Below, one piece after another: positions 18,601 through 25,858 of a stretch of DNA of 64,000 nt. Origin of the DNA: a virus; IMG/VR virus record IMGVR_UViG_3300006175_000002, positions 39,390 through 103,389 of that record; one strand, written 5' to 3'. The position numbers and the translations under genes are program-made. The notes beneath the pieces were generated by a model. That model was not told the origin of the DNA. It made no database searches and saw nothing but the letters and a program-made list of their open reading frames with translations. How positions within the stretch are numbered: the stretch's first letter is position 1; every line of letters begins with the position of its first letter.

Positions 18601-19472
18601 CCGCCAGCGCGGCCGGTGGAGTCCATGTCGTCGGGTCCGCCGTAGATGACCGGGCCACGGTTCCGGTGGATGAGTCGGTCCCCGACCTTCCACCCCGACC
18701 GGATCTGCGTATCCCGGGCAGCATGCCCCGTCAGCTCGGGCGTTGCCGGCTTGGCTGCTGCTTCCAGCCGCGCGGCGAGCGCCCCGGCCCGGGTGTGGAT
18801 CTCGTCGCCCGGCTGGCTCCGACGCGGCCCCTGCAACCGGGCCAACGCCTCCCGAACCGCAGTCCTGTCCTCGTCGGACATCGCCCGCCAGTCCGGGCCG
18901 GTCAACGCCTCCATGGGCCGTATCGCGCTGTACGGGTTGCCGCTCCACGAATGGGTCGCCGCTTCCCTCGCCCGCTCGATCCGGGCCGACTGGCCACCAG
19001 CAGCGACCGCGGCGCGGGACGCGTCCCGCGCCGCCCGCTCCTCCGGGCCGGTCCCCGAGCCGTGCCCGGGTCGGCCGATGAAGTGCGACCCGCCTACGCC
19101 CGGCGCTTCCGGCTTGTGCTCGAACGCGTGGTACCCCGAGTCGAACTGGATCCCGACCGTTTTCGATCCCCGGCGGGTCATCACGCCGCGGCCCAGTTCG
19201 GGGTGATGCACCTCGAACGGGTGCGTCAGCTTCGCCGGCCCGACGTAGATCCACCCGTGGATGTAGCCCTTCGGACCGACTTTGATCAGATCAGCGGTGA
19301 CCGTCTTCACCCACGTCGGGTACGGCAACTCCAACCCGAACGCGTCGCCCTCACCAGCCCACTCCGACCACGCCGCCCGGCCCAGCCCACCCATCTTCGA
19401 CAGGGCAGGCTCCCGCGCCGACCAGTCAGCGCGCAACTCCTGGTACACGGCCAGCAGCGACGTGTCAGTCAC
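15687..19472 (-). CDS. large multidomain (polyvalent) protein
   Basis: GGAGGG SD; LIKVGPKGYIHGW; SH3-like, winged-helix-like, GrpE-head-like and HeH-like segments. Confidence 0.7.
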   Translation of the reverse strand: MTDTSLLAVYQELRADWSAREPALSKMGGLGRAAWSEWAGEGDAFGLELPYPTWVKTVTADLIKVGPKGYIHGWIYVGPAKLTHPFEVHHPELGRGVMTRRGSKTVGIQFDSGYHAFEHKPEAPGVGGSHFIGRPGHGSGTGPEERAARDASRAAVAAGGQSARIERAREAATHSWSGNPYSAIRPMEALTGPDWRAMSDEDRTAVREALARLQGPRRSQPGDEIHTRAGALAARLEAAAKPATPELTGHAARDTQIRSGWKVGDRLIHRNRGPVIYGGPDDMDSTGRAGGGSAHHVEFDDGSGGMVSADMLSGYVPPGAAPKKPETPMARPRKYTNAQKLRIWDAMPPEERNRWLGLGKGPEDITPDVFPPGLPRELTHTVPRTPTPAEHYDRLHAMSSRDEARQYVAGIKGKELQALADHLSVSRGPVGQRREGIVHATVGARLDSAAMRGGNWLERLPPPATTVPVEQLKHGNYAEVVGEDQYGKPITLRGYVSQPTGVRIGARGRKKRDAVAVQVTETPGGANGWRGVAYVAPGTHVTPLSATRSTAEVKDRVRAAYDARPKAPGGWVGLADLRDDLGDLNRGEVDAALGELAREPGVRVAPVDNTRALRSRDRAAAVRLGDSDRHMIAMGRGNTAPTPGIQPLTRSGVEPETDAHGTALVPGDTVTIATTLHNRTDQQATVLDIGTARVGGHHLATVRFADGTTEQVLPGNVVRARSVESAYLANLSREMEADPRFTQPLRGKPATSEVLRTLAGAQRGRGYEAAVLQQEARRHRGTPLGDRLSAAATEVELLRRGNASPELLDRVMPTPAPAAPVVSPRMEAEALRVHAAARQRALDAGLPAAGSTSRRHHTPAGPVGTGQGATTAEWQRRLEQQQQVDEMRARADQLAATPAVASEVTRAAEDRILAMDRPGAPTHIRETAAAIRERRTPTVSAEDAARTRQAHIDRARAVGGVVAEAHELVNHGASPQALRARITAHGNRVGVDTTHLATLADDPPTLLAAADHMATQAGLERVGSAGEVVPFNRGAHDPFGQPLREGSQVEIVRPGHVATLPGGERVPVSRATVQPAGTPDVPARVAIAPRGRRPAAVRAAETPPSPAGPVQYQVVQVNNRGQTTAVLGHAGSEEEALALRQHHIDRINGGPENQRRRERRMPIVDAAHDIKIEERVPGQGQRLDPITAPKPTKLGPTEAAQEALQHLRAGGDTETTLKALPVAALRELARLHGIVGTLGGRDEVKRMKKPDLVREMTPWLS

Positions 19473-19514
19473 CAGCGCACCCTCCGGCCGTGATGGAAAG
19501 ATTCGATCATTGCG

Positions 19515-20711
19515 TTACTTATGGCCGCGTTCCATTGCGGCGTGTGTGGCCGGGTAGAACCCGAGGGCCCCCTTGTGGCGCAGGTTGCAGAACCCCTTGG
19601 CCTGGTCCGGGCGCATGTGCTCCGCCGCGATCGCCACGCACCGGTCGAAGTCGCCGTCCGTGCCCCACCCGATTCGGGCTGCGCCTTCGCCGTGCTCGTA
19701 CCAGCGGATCAGATGCCGGGCCCGGTACTCGCCCACGTCACCCTCGTGGTCTTTGGTGAGCAGGGCGCGGCGGGCCAGCTCCTCCACGAGCTGGATGCCT
19801 TTGGGGGTCAGGAACTGGCCGTCTGCGACCTTGTCGGCGTGCTGCTCGTGGTGCAGGGCGTGTTGTAGGTTCTTCGCGGCTTCCTCGACGGTGATCCCGG
19901 CGGCGTCGGCGGCGGCTTGCAGGTCCTCGATCGTGATGTGCCGGTGGTCGTCGTGTCCGTTGTGCGGCATGTCGCAGCCGCAGGTAAGGCACTTGTTGAT
20001 CGGCGCCGCGGGTAGCAATCTAAGGATCTTCCCGAGATCGTCACCAAGCTCCGGGCGCAACGCCGGATTGTCAGCCAAGTGCGCCGGATCCCACCACACG
20101 AGGGCTTCGATCCGGTCCCGGTCCGGGTCGTCCGGGTTCGTCACGTGATCCCGGTCGCCAAAGATCGGCACGTCCGCCTCATGCGGGATCGTGAGGACGT
20201 AACCGTGGTACACGCCGTTATCGCTGACCCACTCCCCGCCCGGCGTGCCCTTCGGCACAGGGCAGCCCGTCTCCTCCGCCCACTCGCGGCGAGCAGCGTC
20301 GATCGGCTTCTCCCCGGGGTCTAGTCGCCCACCGGGGAACTCCCACGTCCCCGCGGCCGGGTCCTCGTCGCCGTCCTCCGGCAGGGCGCGCTGAAGCATC
20401 AGAACCCGGCCCGTGTCGGCGGCGCGCACAGCCAGGCCTGCCGCGTCGGGGGTCTTCCCCGCCTTCGTCGCTGGCTTGTCCGAACCGGCACCACCCATGA
20501 TTTCCTGTGCCCGCTGGTGGAACTCGTCGTCGTCGCCGTCGATGTCCACGTAGTGCAGGTTGTAGTCCGACTTCGCCCCCCGCGGGTGGAACGGGCCGTC
20601 AAGGTGCCGCTGCGACCACTGATCCTGCCACGTGGCAAGCGCGGCGAGCCGTTGGCGTACGTCGTCAGGCGGCGGCACAGGGGGTGTGGTGTGGCGTTTC
20701 TTCACAGCCAT
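19515..20711 (-). CDS. NUDIX hydrolase domain protein
   Basis: Nudix box WEFPGGRLDPGEKPIDAARREWAEETG; GGGAGGG SD, ATG 20711. Confidence 0.85.
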   Translation of the reverse strand: MAVKKRHTTPPVPPPDDVRQRLAALATWQDQWSQRHLDGPFHPRGAKSDYNLHYVDIDGDDDEFHQRAQEIMGGAGSDKPATKAGKTPDAAGLAVRAADTGRVLMLQRALPEDGDEDPAAGTWEFPGGRLDPGEKPIDAARREWAEETGCPVPKGTPGGEWVSDNGVYHGYVLTIPHEADVPIFGDRDHVTNPDDPDRDRIEALVWWDPAHLADNPALRPELGDDLGKILRLLPAAPINKCLTCGCDMPHNGHDDHRHITIEDLQAAADAAGITVEEAAKNLQHALHHEQHADKVADGQFLTPKGIQLVEELARRALLTKDHEGDVGEYRARHLIRWYEHGEGAARIGWGTDGDFDRCVAIAAEHMRPDQAKGFCNLRHKGALGFYPATHAAMERGHK

Positions 20712-23700
20712 TTCACACCCTCCCAGTCGGAGCCGAGGAGGGCCAGCTTGCCGGGCCACGTGTCGTCGCGGCCGGCGCCGGCGGGTCGGCCCAGTTGGGA
20801 AATCTCGAACGGTGTGACGTGCTCACCCGCGTCGATCCTCGCTAGGAGGGCTTTCGCTTCCCGCCGTTCGGGAGTATCGGGCGACGAGTCGAGCGCATGC
20901 ATACCGATGGCTGTATGTGCGTCGTCGTAGAACTCATAGCTTCCCAGGCTTTCGCCGTTGGTCGTGACGGTGTAGTTGCCGTCCTTGTCGAAGTCGACAT
21001 GGTAGTCGTGCGAACGGTGAGGAGCGATGGCTTGGACGAGACGATCCCGGATTGAGCTGGGGACCTTGCCGTCGCGCCACGTGTACCCGGCTCTCGACCA
21101 GGCGTAGCCTCCAACATCAATGTCGGCGCGGAGTTCGATCCGCTGGATGCCGGATTCGCGGTACCAGTCTTCGAGCTGCCGGTTGAAGCTCTGCGCGAAT
21201 CCTTGCCCACGAGTGTCGGCGCTGACCTTGAGCAGTACGTGGGTGGCGAACAGGTTCCCGTCCTCGTCCCGGCCGATGGTCCGCACGGCGTGGCCGATCT
21301 GCTGGCCGGTGTGGTCGTGAATGGACAGGTCGGCCTCAAAGTACCCATCGTCGGCGGCGAGTTTCTTCAGCTTGACCGACAGTCCACCGTGGACGCCTTC
21401 AAACACGTTCTTCGCGGCGTCGAGTGCGGCGGGGTCGGTGACCTCCTTACCGTTGGCGCTGGACACGTCGTCGAGGAGGTCTTTGGCTAGTTTCTTCTTG
21501 CCGTCTTTCGCGGCTTGCGGTGCCCTGTGCCTGCCCGCACCGTGCGTCTTGTTGGGTGCGATCCCGGCGGCGTGCGGGAATGTGCGTTCCTTCCCGTCCG
21601 GGAATATGACCTTGATGCGGGTTTTCGTGACCCCGGTGACGTGGCCCTTCCCGAATCCCTTGTGGTCGATGGTGGTGCCGACGGCGGTCGGGCCGTGCCA
21701 TACCCAGCCGTGCGACCAGGGGTGCTCTTTCCAGTCTCGCGGGCCCGGTGGCAGCCGCCCTTTGTCCAGGTCGGCGCCGGCTATCTTGTTCGCTGGGTCG
21801 GCGCCGTGGTGGAACTGCCACACATGCGTCTCATCCCACGGCCCACCGTCGGCATCGACGGTGCCGACGTAGGCGCGTACCGGCTGCCCGTTTTCGCGGG
21901 CGGCGAGGGTGCGGTGGTGCCCGTCGATGATTTTGATTTTGTCGCCGCCGGGTTCCTGGACCGCAACGACGGGCTTGACGTCGTTGCCCTTGCGGAGTTG
22001 CTTCGCGAAGTGCTTGACCCGCGCCTTGTCGTGGCTGGCAGCCCACCGGTCGATGTCGTCGAAGTCGATGCTGTCCAGCGGCACATCGACCGGGCCGGAC
22101 CACTGGGCGCCCTTCATCCAGCCGAGCGCTTTCGGCGGGTAGTTCTCCCGCATCTGCTGCGTCACCGCAGCGCCCGGGTCGGGCTCGTCGTCCTTGGCGG
22201 CCTTCGTGACCAGCCACGTCCGCAGCGCGTTCGCGCCGCGGGTCGCCGCAGTCAGAATGTCCTTCAACAGCCCCATCAGCCAGCTGCGCTGCGCTTCGGC
22301 CCGCTCGTCGGCGAGGTCGGCCAGCACCAGCGCCAGCGCCGCGTTCGGGTCGTCGTCGTTCAGGGCGCGACGGATCGCCTGCGCGTCCTGGGCCCGCTGG
22401 TCCGCGGCGGCGAGCTGCTCAGGTGTGGGAGTGGTGTCGGCGTGACGGAGTTGGATCGCCTCGACCTCGGCGGGGCTGGCCAGCCGATACGCCAGCCGGC
22501 ACCGGCAGCGCGGACCGCCCTCGCACACGGTAGCGTCGGCGCCGAACCCGCCCTGGCCGGGCATGCCGGGCAGCGTGTCGGCGGTGTGGAGCATCGTGGA
22601 CCAGGTGTCGCACAGGTCGCACGCGTCGGGTCGGGCGTGCCACTCGATGACGATGTTGTCGGGGTTGTCGTGGGCGCCGATCGTGGCGAGCCCGTACCCC
22701 ATCTCGTACGCCTGCGCGACGGTGCCGGCGTACAACCCGAACCGGCCGTCGAGCCCATCAACCCAGCCCGGCCCGTCGCCGGTGGCTTTGGTCGCCCACG
22801 CGGTGCGCTGGGTGGCCCGGCCGGCGTCGACCAGGGCGTGACCGGTACCGAGCCGCAACCCCTCGTGGATGCTCGAGCGGAGCAGCGCCACGGCGGCGTC
22901 GATGAACCCGGGCGTGGACAGCGACCCGTCTCCGACCTGCGCGGCGAGGTCGTGGAGACTGTTGATGACCTGCTGCTGCGTGGCGGCGAGCGCGGTGTCC
23001 CGGCGTTGGCGCTGGCCGGCGTCCTTTACCACCATCCGAGCCTTGGCCACGTCACCGTCGGCGCGGAGCGTGTCGAACACGTCGGCGGGTAGGTGCCGGT
23101 TTACCCACCCGTTCAGGCCAGCACCTTTGGTAAGGCGGTGGCCGATGAGGTCCAGCTCCCGGAGTGCGGCGGGCACGTCGACCGTGGTGACGAGGCGCGG
23201 GCCGCGGTCGAACGCGGCCTTGACCTGCTCGACCGGCTCGTCGTCTTCGTAGAAGGTGCCGAGGTCGGCGCCCTTGGCCAGCAGCGCCCGCTGCACATAC
23301 CGGTCGGCCGCCTTGTTGATCGGCTTACGGTCCAACGGCGAGTCCGGATCCTGATGCGCCAGGACTGGTTTCGGCAACGGCTTCGGATGCGCCGGCAGCA
23401 TCTGCCCACCCGCCGCCGCCTGCGCACCGGCGTGCGCCGGTGTCGGCGCGCCCCCGCCGGGACCTTTCGGCCCGTTCGGACCCTTCGGCTTCGGCTTGCC
23501 CCCGCCGCCGCCCGGCTTGCCCGGACCACCCGGGCCGCCACCGAACGCGGGCGGCGCACCCGGCACCACACCCGCAGCGGCCTGCATCGCGTTCGCCGGC
23601 GGTGCCCCGACCGGCGCACCCGTAGACATGTCGATAGACCCGAGCGGCGTAATGCCCGTCGCGGTGAAGTACACCGGCTCGCTGGTCATCGGAATTCCCC

Positions 23701-25234
23701 ACGGCTGGTGGCCGCGGATAACTCGCGCCTCATCAATGCTAACCAGACCGTGCGTCATTTCGTTGACGAGTACCTCCACCGTGGCGGCCTCGTCCTCGCC
23801 TTCCTCCAGCCCTTCCCAATGCCATTGCATGTCGGGTTGGCCCATGTGCTCACGGATCGCGTAGTCGAAAATGTTTGCTTTCAACCACTTCAGCAGCGGC
23901 TTCAACGCCTTCCGCTCGTTGATTTTCTCGCTGGCTTTCGCGATCTGCGACGCCGCACCCATCGCTGACTTCGACCCCGATGTGGAGATCCCCAACTCCA
24001 TCGGCATCACGTCGAACGCCATACACACCTGCGTCATGACGATCTCGTCGAACTGGTCAGCCAGCGGTGTCGGCCTGATCGGGTCGATTTTCGACCCACC
24101 CGGAATCACGATGATCTTATGTTTCCACGCGGGGTCGCCGGCCATCGCGTTCAACGCGTCCTGCAACTCGCGGCACTGGTTCGGCGTGGAGTTCGGATCC
24201 CCGGTCGACAGGAAAATCCCCGGCGTCGACCCCTGCGAGTAGTAGTCGAGCTGCCACTGTTGGCGTTGCAGACCGGACGTGATCGGTACCAGCGCCTGCT
24301 CGATCAGCGACAACCCGTACGGCGTCCACGAGCGGGGCGTGAACGGCAGGTACATCATCTGGTCGGCGCGGTACTCAGTCGTCAACGCGTCTTTCATGTC
24401 CTTGACGTCTTCGCCCATCCACGACGTCATCAGGTCAACGCGGGGTACCCCGTACTGGTAGATCTGCCATGCCGGGTTCGGTGGCTGCGGGATCCCGCCG
24501 CGCAGGTCCAGCATCGGCCGCACAATGTCGCCGGAGATCAGGCACAGCGCGCCGAGGTTCGACCCGGGAATCCCGCGGGCCTTGCCCCGCTGCCGGGACG
24601 GTTGCAGGTACAACGACAACGCGTCCACCACGAAGATCTCTTCGAGGAGCGCGGACAGCCACGACTCAAACCCGTGGTACTTGCCCGGGTCGGGGCGATT
24701 GAAGAACCGCTTCACCGGCCCGCGGCGCTCGTCGAACTCTTTCCGGGCCGCCCGGTCGCCGCGCATCGCTTTCTCGGCGTCCTTTGTGGGTACCACGTCC
24801 CACTCGATCGCCAGGATTTCCTGGATCCGCAGCTGAATGCAGGCACGGGCGACGGAGTACGCATCCGCCATGATCCGCATCTGGGAGAACGACGCCAGTT
24901 TCAGCCCCTCGTCGCCGGGCTGACCGTGGGGCATGTTCCACGACGTGGGGTAGGTGAACCGTCGCGGTTCGGGCCGGTCCTCGCCGGGTGGGGGCTGGTC
25001 GATCGGCTGGGGCCGCATCGGGGCCAACGGCCCGAACGTGCCGTTCAGGAACGTGGCCGGGTCGCGGGGCAGGGCGGCGTTGACCCGACCGGTGGACCAC
25101 TCGGCGTACGACGCGATCAGCGGGCTCGCCGGCCCGCCCAAACCGGTACCGGTGGGTGGGCCCCCGAACGCGCCGGTAGGGTTCGCGACGGTGGTCGGCA
25201 GCGCGCGGGCAACGGCGGCGAGGTTACGTGCCAC
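20702..25234 (-). CDS. portal protein fused to MuF-like, ParB-like and GNAT-like domains
   Basis: Portal motifs (PYGLSLIEQAL, DEIVMTQVCMAFDVMPMELG, SIDEAR); ACDLC...CRCRL (MuF); IIDGHHRTLAA (ParB/Srx); RGQGFA...GGYAWSRAGY (GNAT-like). Confidence 0.85.
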   Translation of the reverse strand: MARNLAAVARALPTTVANPTGAFGGPPTGTGLGGPASPLIASYAEWSTGRVNAALPRDPATFLNGTFGPLAPMRPQPIDQPPPGEDRPEPRRFTYPTSWNMPHGQPGDEGLKLASFSQMRIMADAYSVARACIQLRIQEILAIEWDVVPTKDAEKAMRGDRAARKEFDERRGPVKRFFNRPDPGKYHGFESWLSALLEEIFVVDALSLYLQPSRQRGKARGIPGSNLGALCLISGDIVRPMLDLRGGIPQPPNPAWQIYQYGVPRVDLMTSWMGEDVKDMKDALTTEYRADQMMYLPFTPRSWTPYGLSLIEQALVPITSGLQRQQWQLDYYSQGSTPGIFLSTGDPNSTPNQCRELQDALNAMAGDPAWKHKIIVIPGGSKIDPIRPTPLADQFDEIVMTQVCMAFDVMPMELGISTSGSKSAMGAASQIAKASEKINERKALKPLLKWLKANIFDYAIREHMGQPDMQWHWEGLEEGEDEAATVEVLVNEMTHGLVSIDEARVIRGHQPWGIPMTSEPVYFTATGITPLGSIDMSTGAPVGAPPANAMQAAAGVVPGAPPAFGGGPGGPGKPGGGGGKPKPKGPNGPKGPGGGAPTPAHAGAQAAAGGQMLPAHPKPLPKPVLAHQDPDSPLDRKPINKAADRYVQRALLAKGADLGTFYEDDEPVEQVKAAFDRGPRLVTTVDVPAALRELDLIGHRLTKGAGLNGWVNRHLPADVFDTLRADGDVAKARMVVKDAGQRQRRDTALAATQQQVINSLHDLAAQVGDGSLSTPGFIDAAVALLRSSIHEGLRLGTGHALVDAGRATQRTAWATKATGDGPGWVDGLDGRFGLYAGTVAQAYEMGYGLATIGAHDNPDNIVIEWHARPDACDLCDTWSTMLHTADTLPGMPGQGGFGADATVCEGGPRCRCRLAYRLASPAEVEAIQLRHADTTPTPEQLAAADQRAQDAQAIRRALNDDDPNAALALVLADLADERAEAQRSWLMGLLKDILTAATRGANALRTWLVTKAAKDDEPDPGAAVTQQMRENYPPKALGWMKGAQWSGPVDVPLDSIDFDDIDRWAASHDKARVKHFAKQLRKGNDVKPVVAVQEPGGDKIKIIDGHHRTLAARENGQPVRAYVGTVDADGGPWDETHVWQFHHGADPANKIAGADLDKGRLPPGPRDWKEHPWSHGWVWHGPTAVGTTIDHKGFGKGHVTGVTKTRIKVIFPDGKERTFPHAAGIAPNKTHGAGRHRAPQAAKDGKKKLAKDLLDDVSSANGKEVTDPAALDAAKNVFEGVHGGLSVKLKKLAADDGYFEADLSIHDHTGQQIGHAVRTIGRDEDGNLFATHVLLKVSADTRGQGFAQSFNRQLEDWYRESGIQRIELRADIDVGGYAWSRAGYTWRDGKVPSSIRDRLVQAIAPHRSHDYHVDFDKDGNYTVTTNGESLGSYEFYDDAHTAIGMHALDSSPDTPERREAKALLARIDAGEHVTPFEISQLGRPAGAGRDDTWPGKLALLGSDWEGVKWL

Positions 25235-25256
25235 GGGCTACTGCCTCCCCTCGAGG

Positions 25257-25586
25257 TTACTGTTCAATGGCGGGCTGGTCTGGGTCCGGTGGGTCGACGT
25301 CGCAGTCTTCGGGCCAGATGATGTTGTCGTCGGACCATTTCCCGTCGGGCCAGAACTCGACGCTCAACAGTTGCGACGACGTTGGTTGGAATTCCATCCG
25401 CCGCACCCGCGGGCATGAGCGGTTGTGGATGCCGCCGCAGTGCTGGCACGGCTTGACTCCCGTAACGCGGGCAGCCTCGGCCGCGTGTTTCTCGAAGATG
25501 TCCCGCATCCGTTTGGCAAGGTCGGGGGGTAACCGCCGGTCGACGGGCGGGGGCGGGTCGGGTTGTGGTGGGCGTCGAATGGCCAT
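25257..25586 (-). CDS. hypothetical zinc-binding protein
   Basis: AGGAGGAG SD; CQHCGGIH..SCPR. Confidence 0.65.
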   Translation of the reverse strand: MAIRRPPQPDPPPPVDRRLPPDLAKRMRDIFEKHAAEAARVTGVKPCQHCGGIHNRSCPRVRRMEFQPTSSQLLSVEFWPDGKWSDDNIIWPEDCDVDPPDPDQPAIEQ

Positions 25587-25594
25587 GTCTCCTC

Positions 25595-25858
25595 CTACGT
25601 GGACCATTCCGGCTGGTCTTTATCGCCCGGCACCGGCCCCTTCCGCTGCTCGACACCGGTGTAGTGGTAGTGGCGGAACTTGCCCGGCGCGGTGCCGGCG
25701 GCGTTGCGCTGGGGCGGGGTGAACACGTACCGGGCCAACGCCACCCAGCCGGACTCGCCGCGGGCGGCTTCGGTGGCGTAGTAGCGGGTCTGCGTGAGCG
25801 CTTCCACCGGGACGCGTCGGTTGTCGACGGGGCCGCCGTGGTGGACCGCGGTCGCCAT
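25595..25858 (-). CDS. hypothetical protein
   Basis: GAGGTGG SD; overlaps the terL stop; HGGP motif. Confidence 0.6.
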   Translation of the reverse strand: MATAVHHGGPVDNRRVPVEALTQTRYYATEAARGESGWVALARYVFTPPQRNAAGTAPGKFRHYHYTGVEQRKGPVPGDKDQPEWST

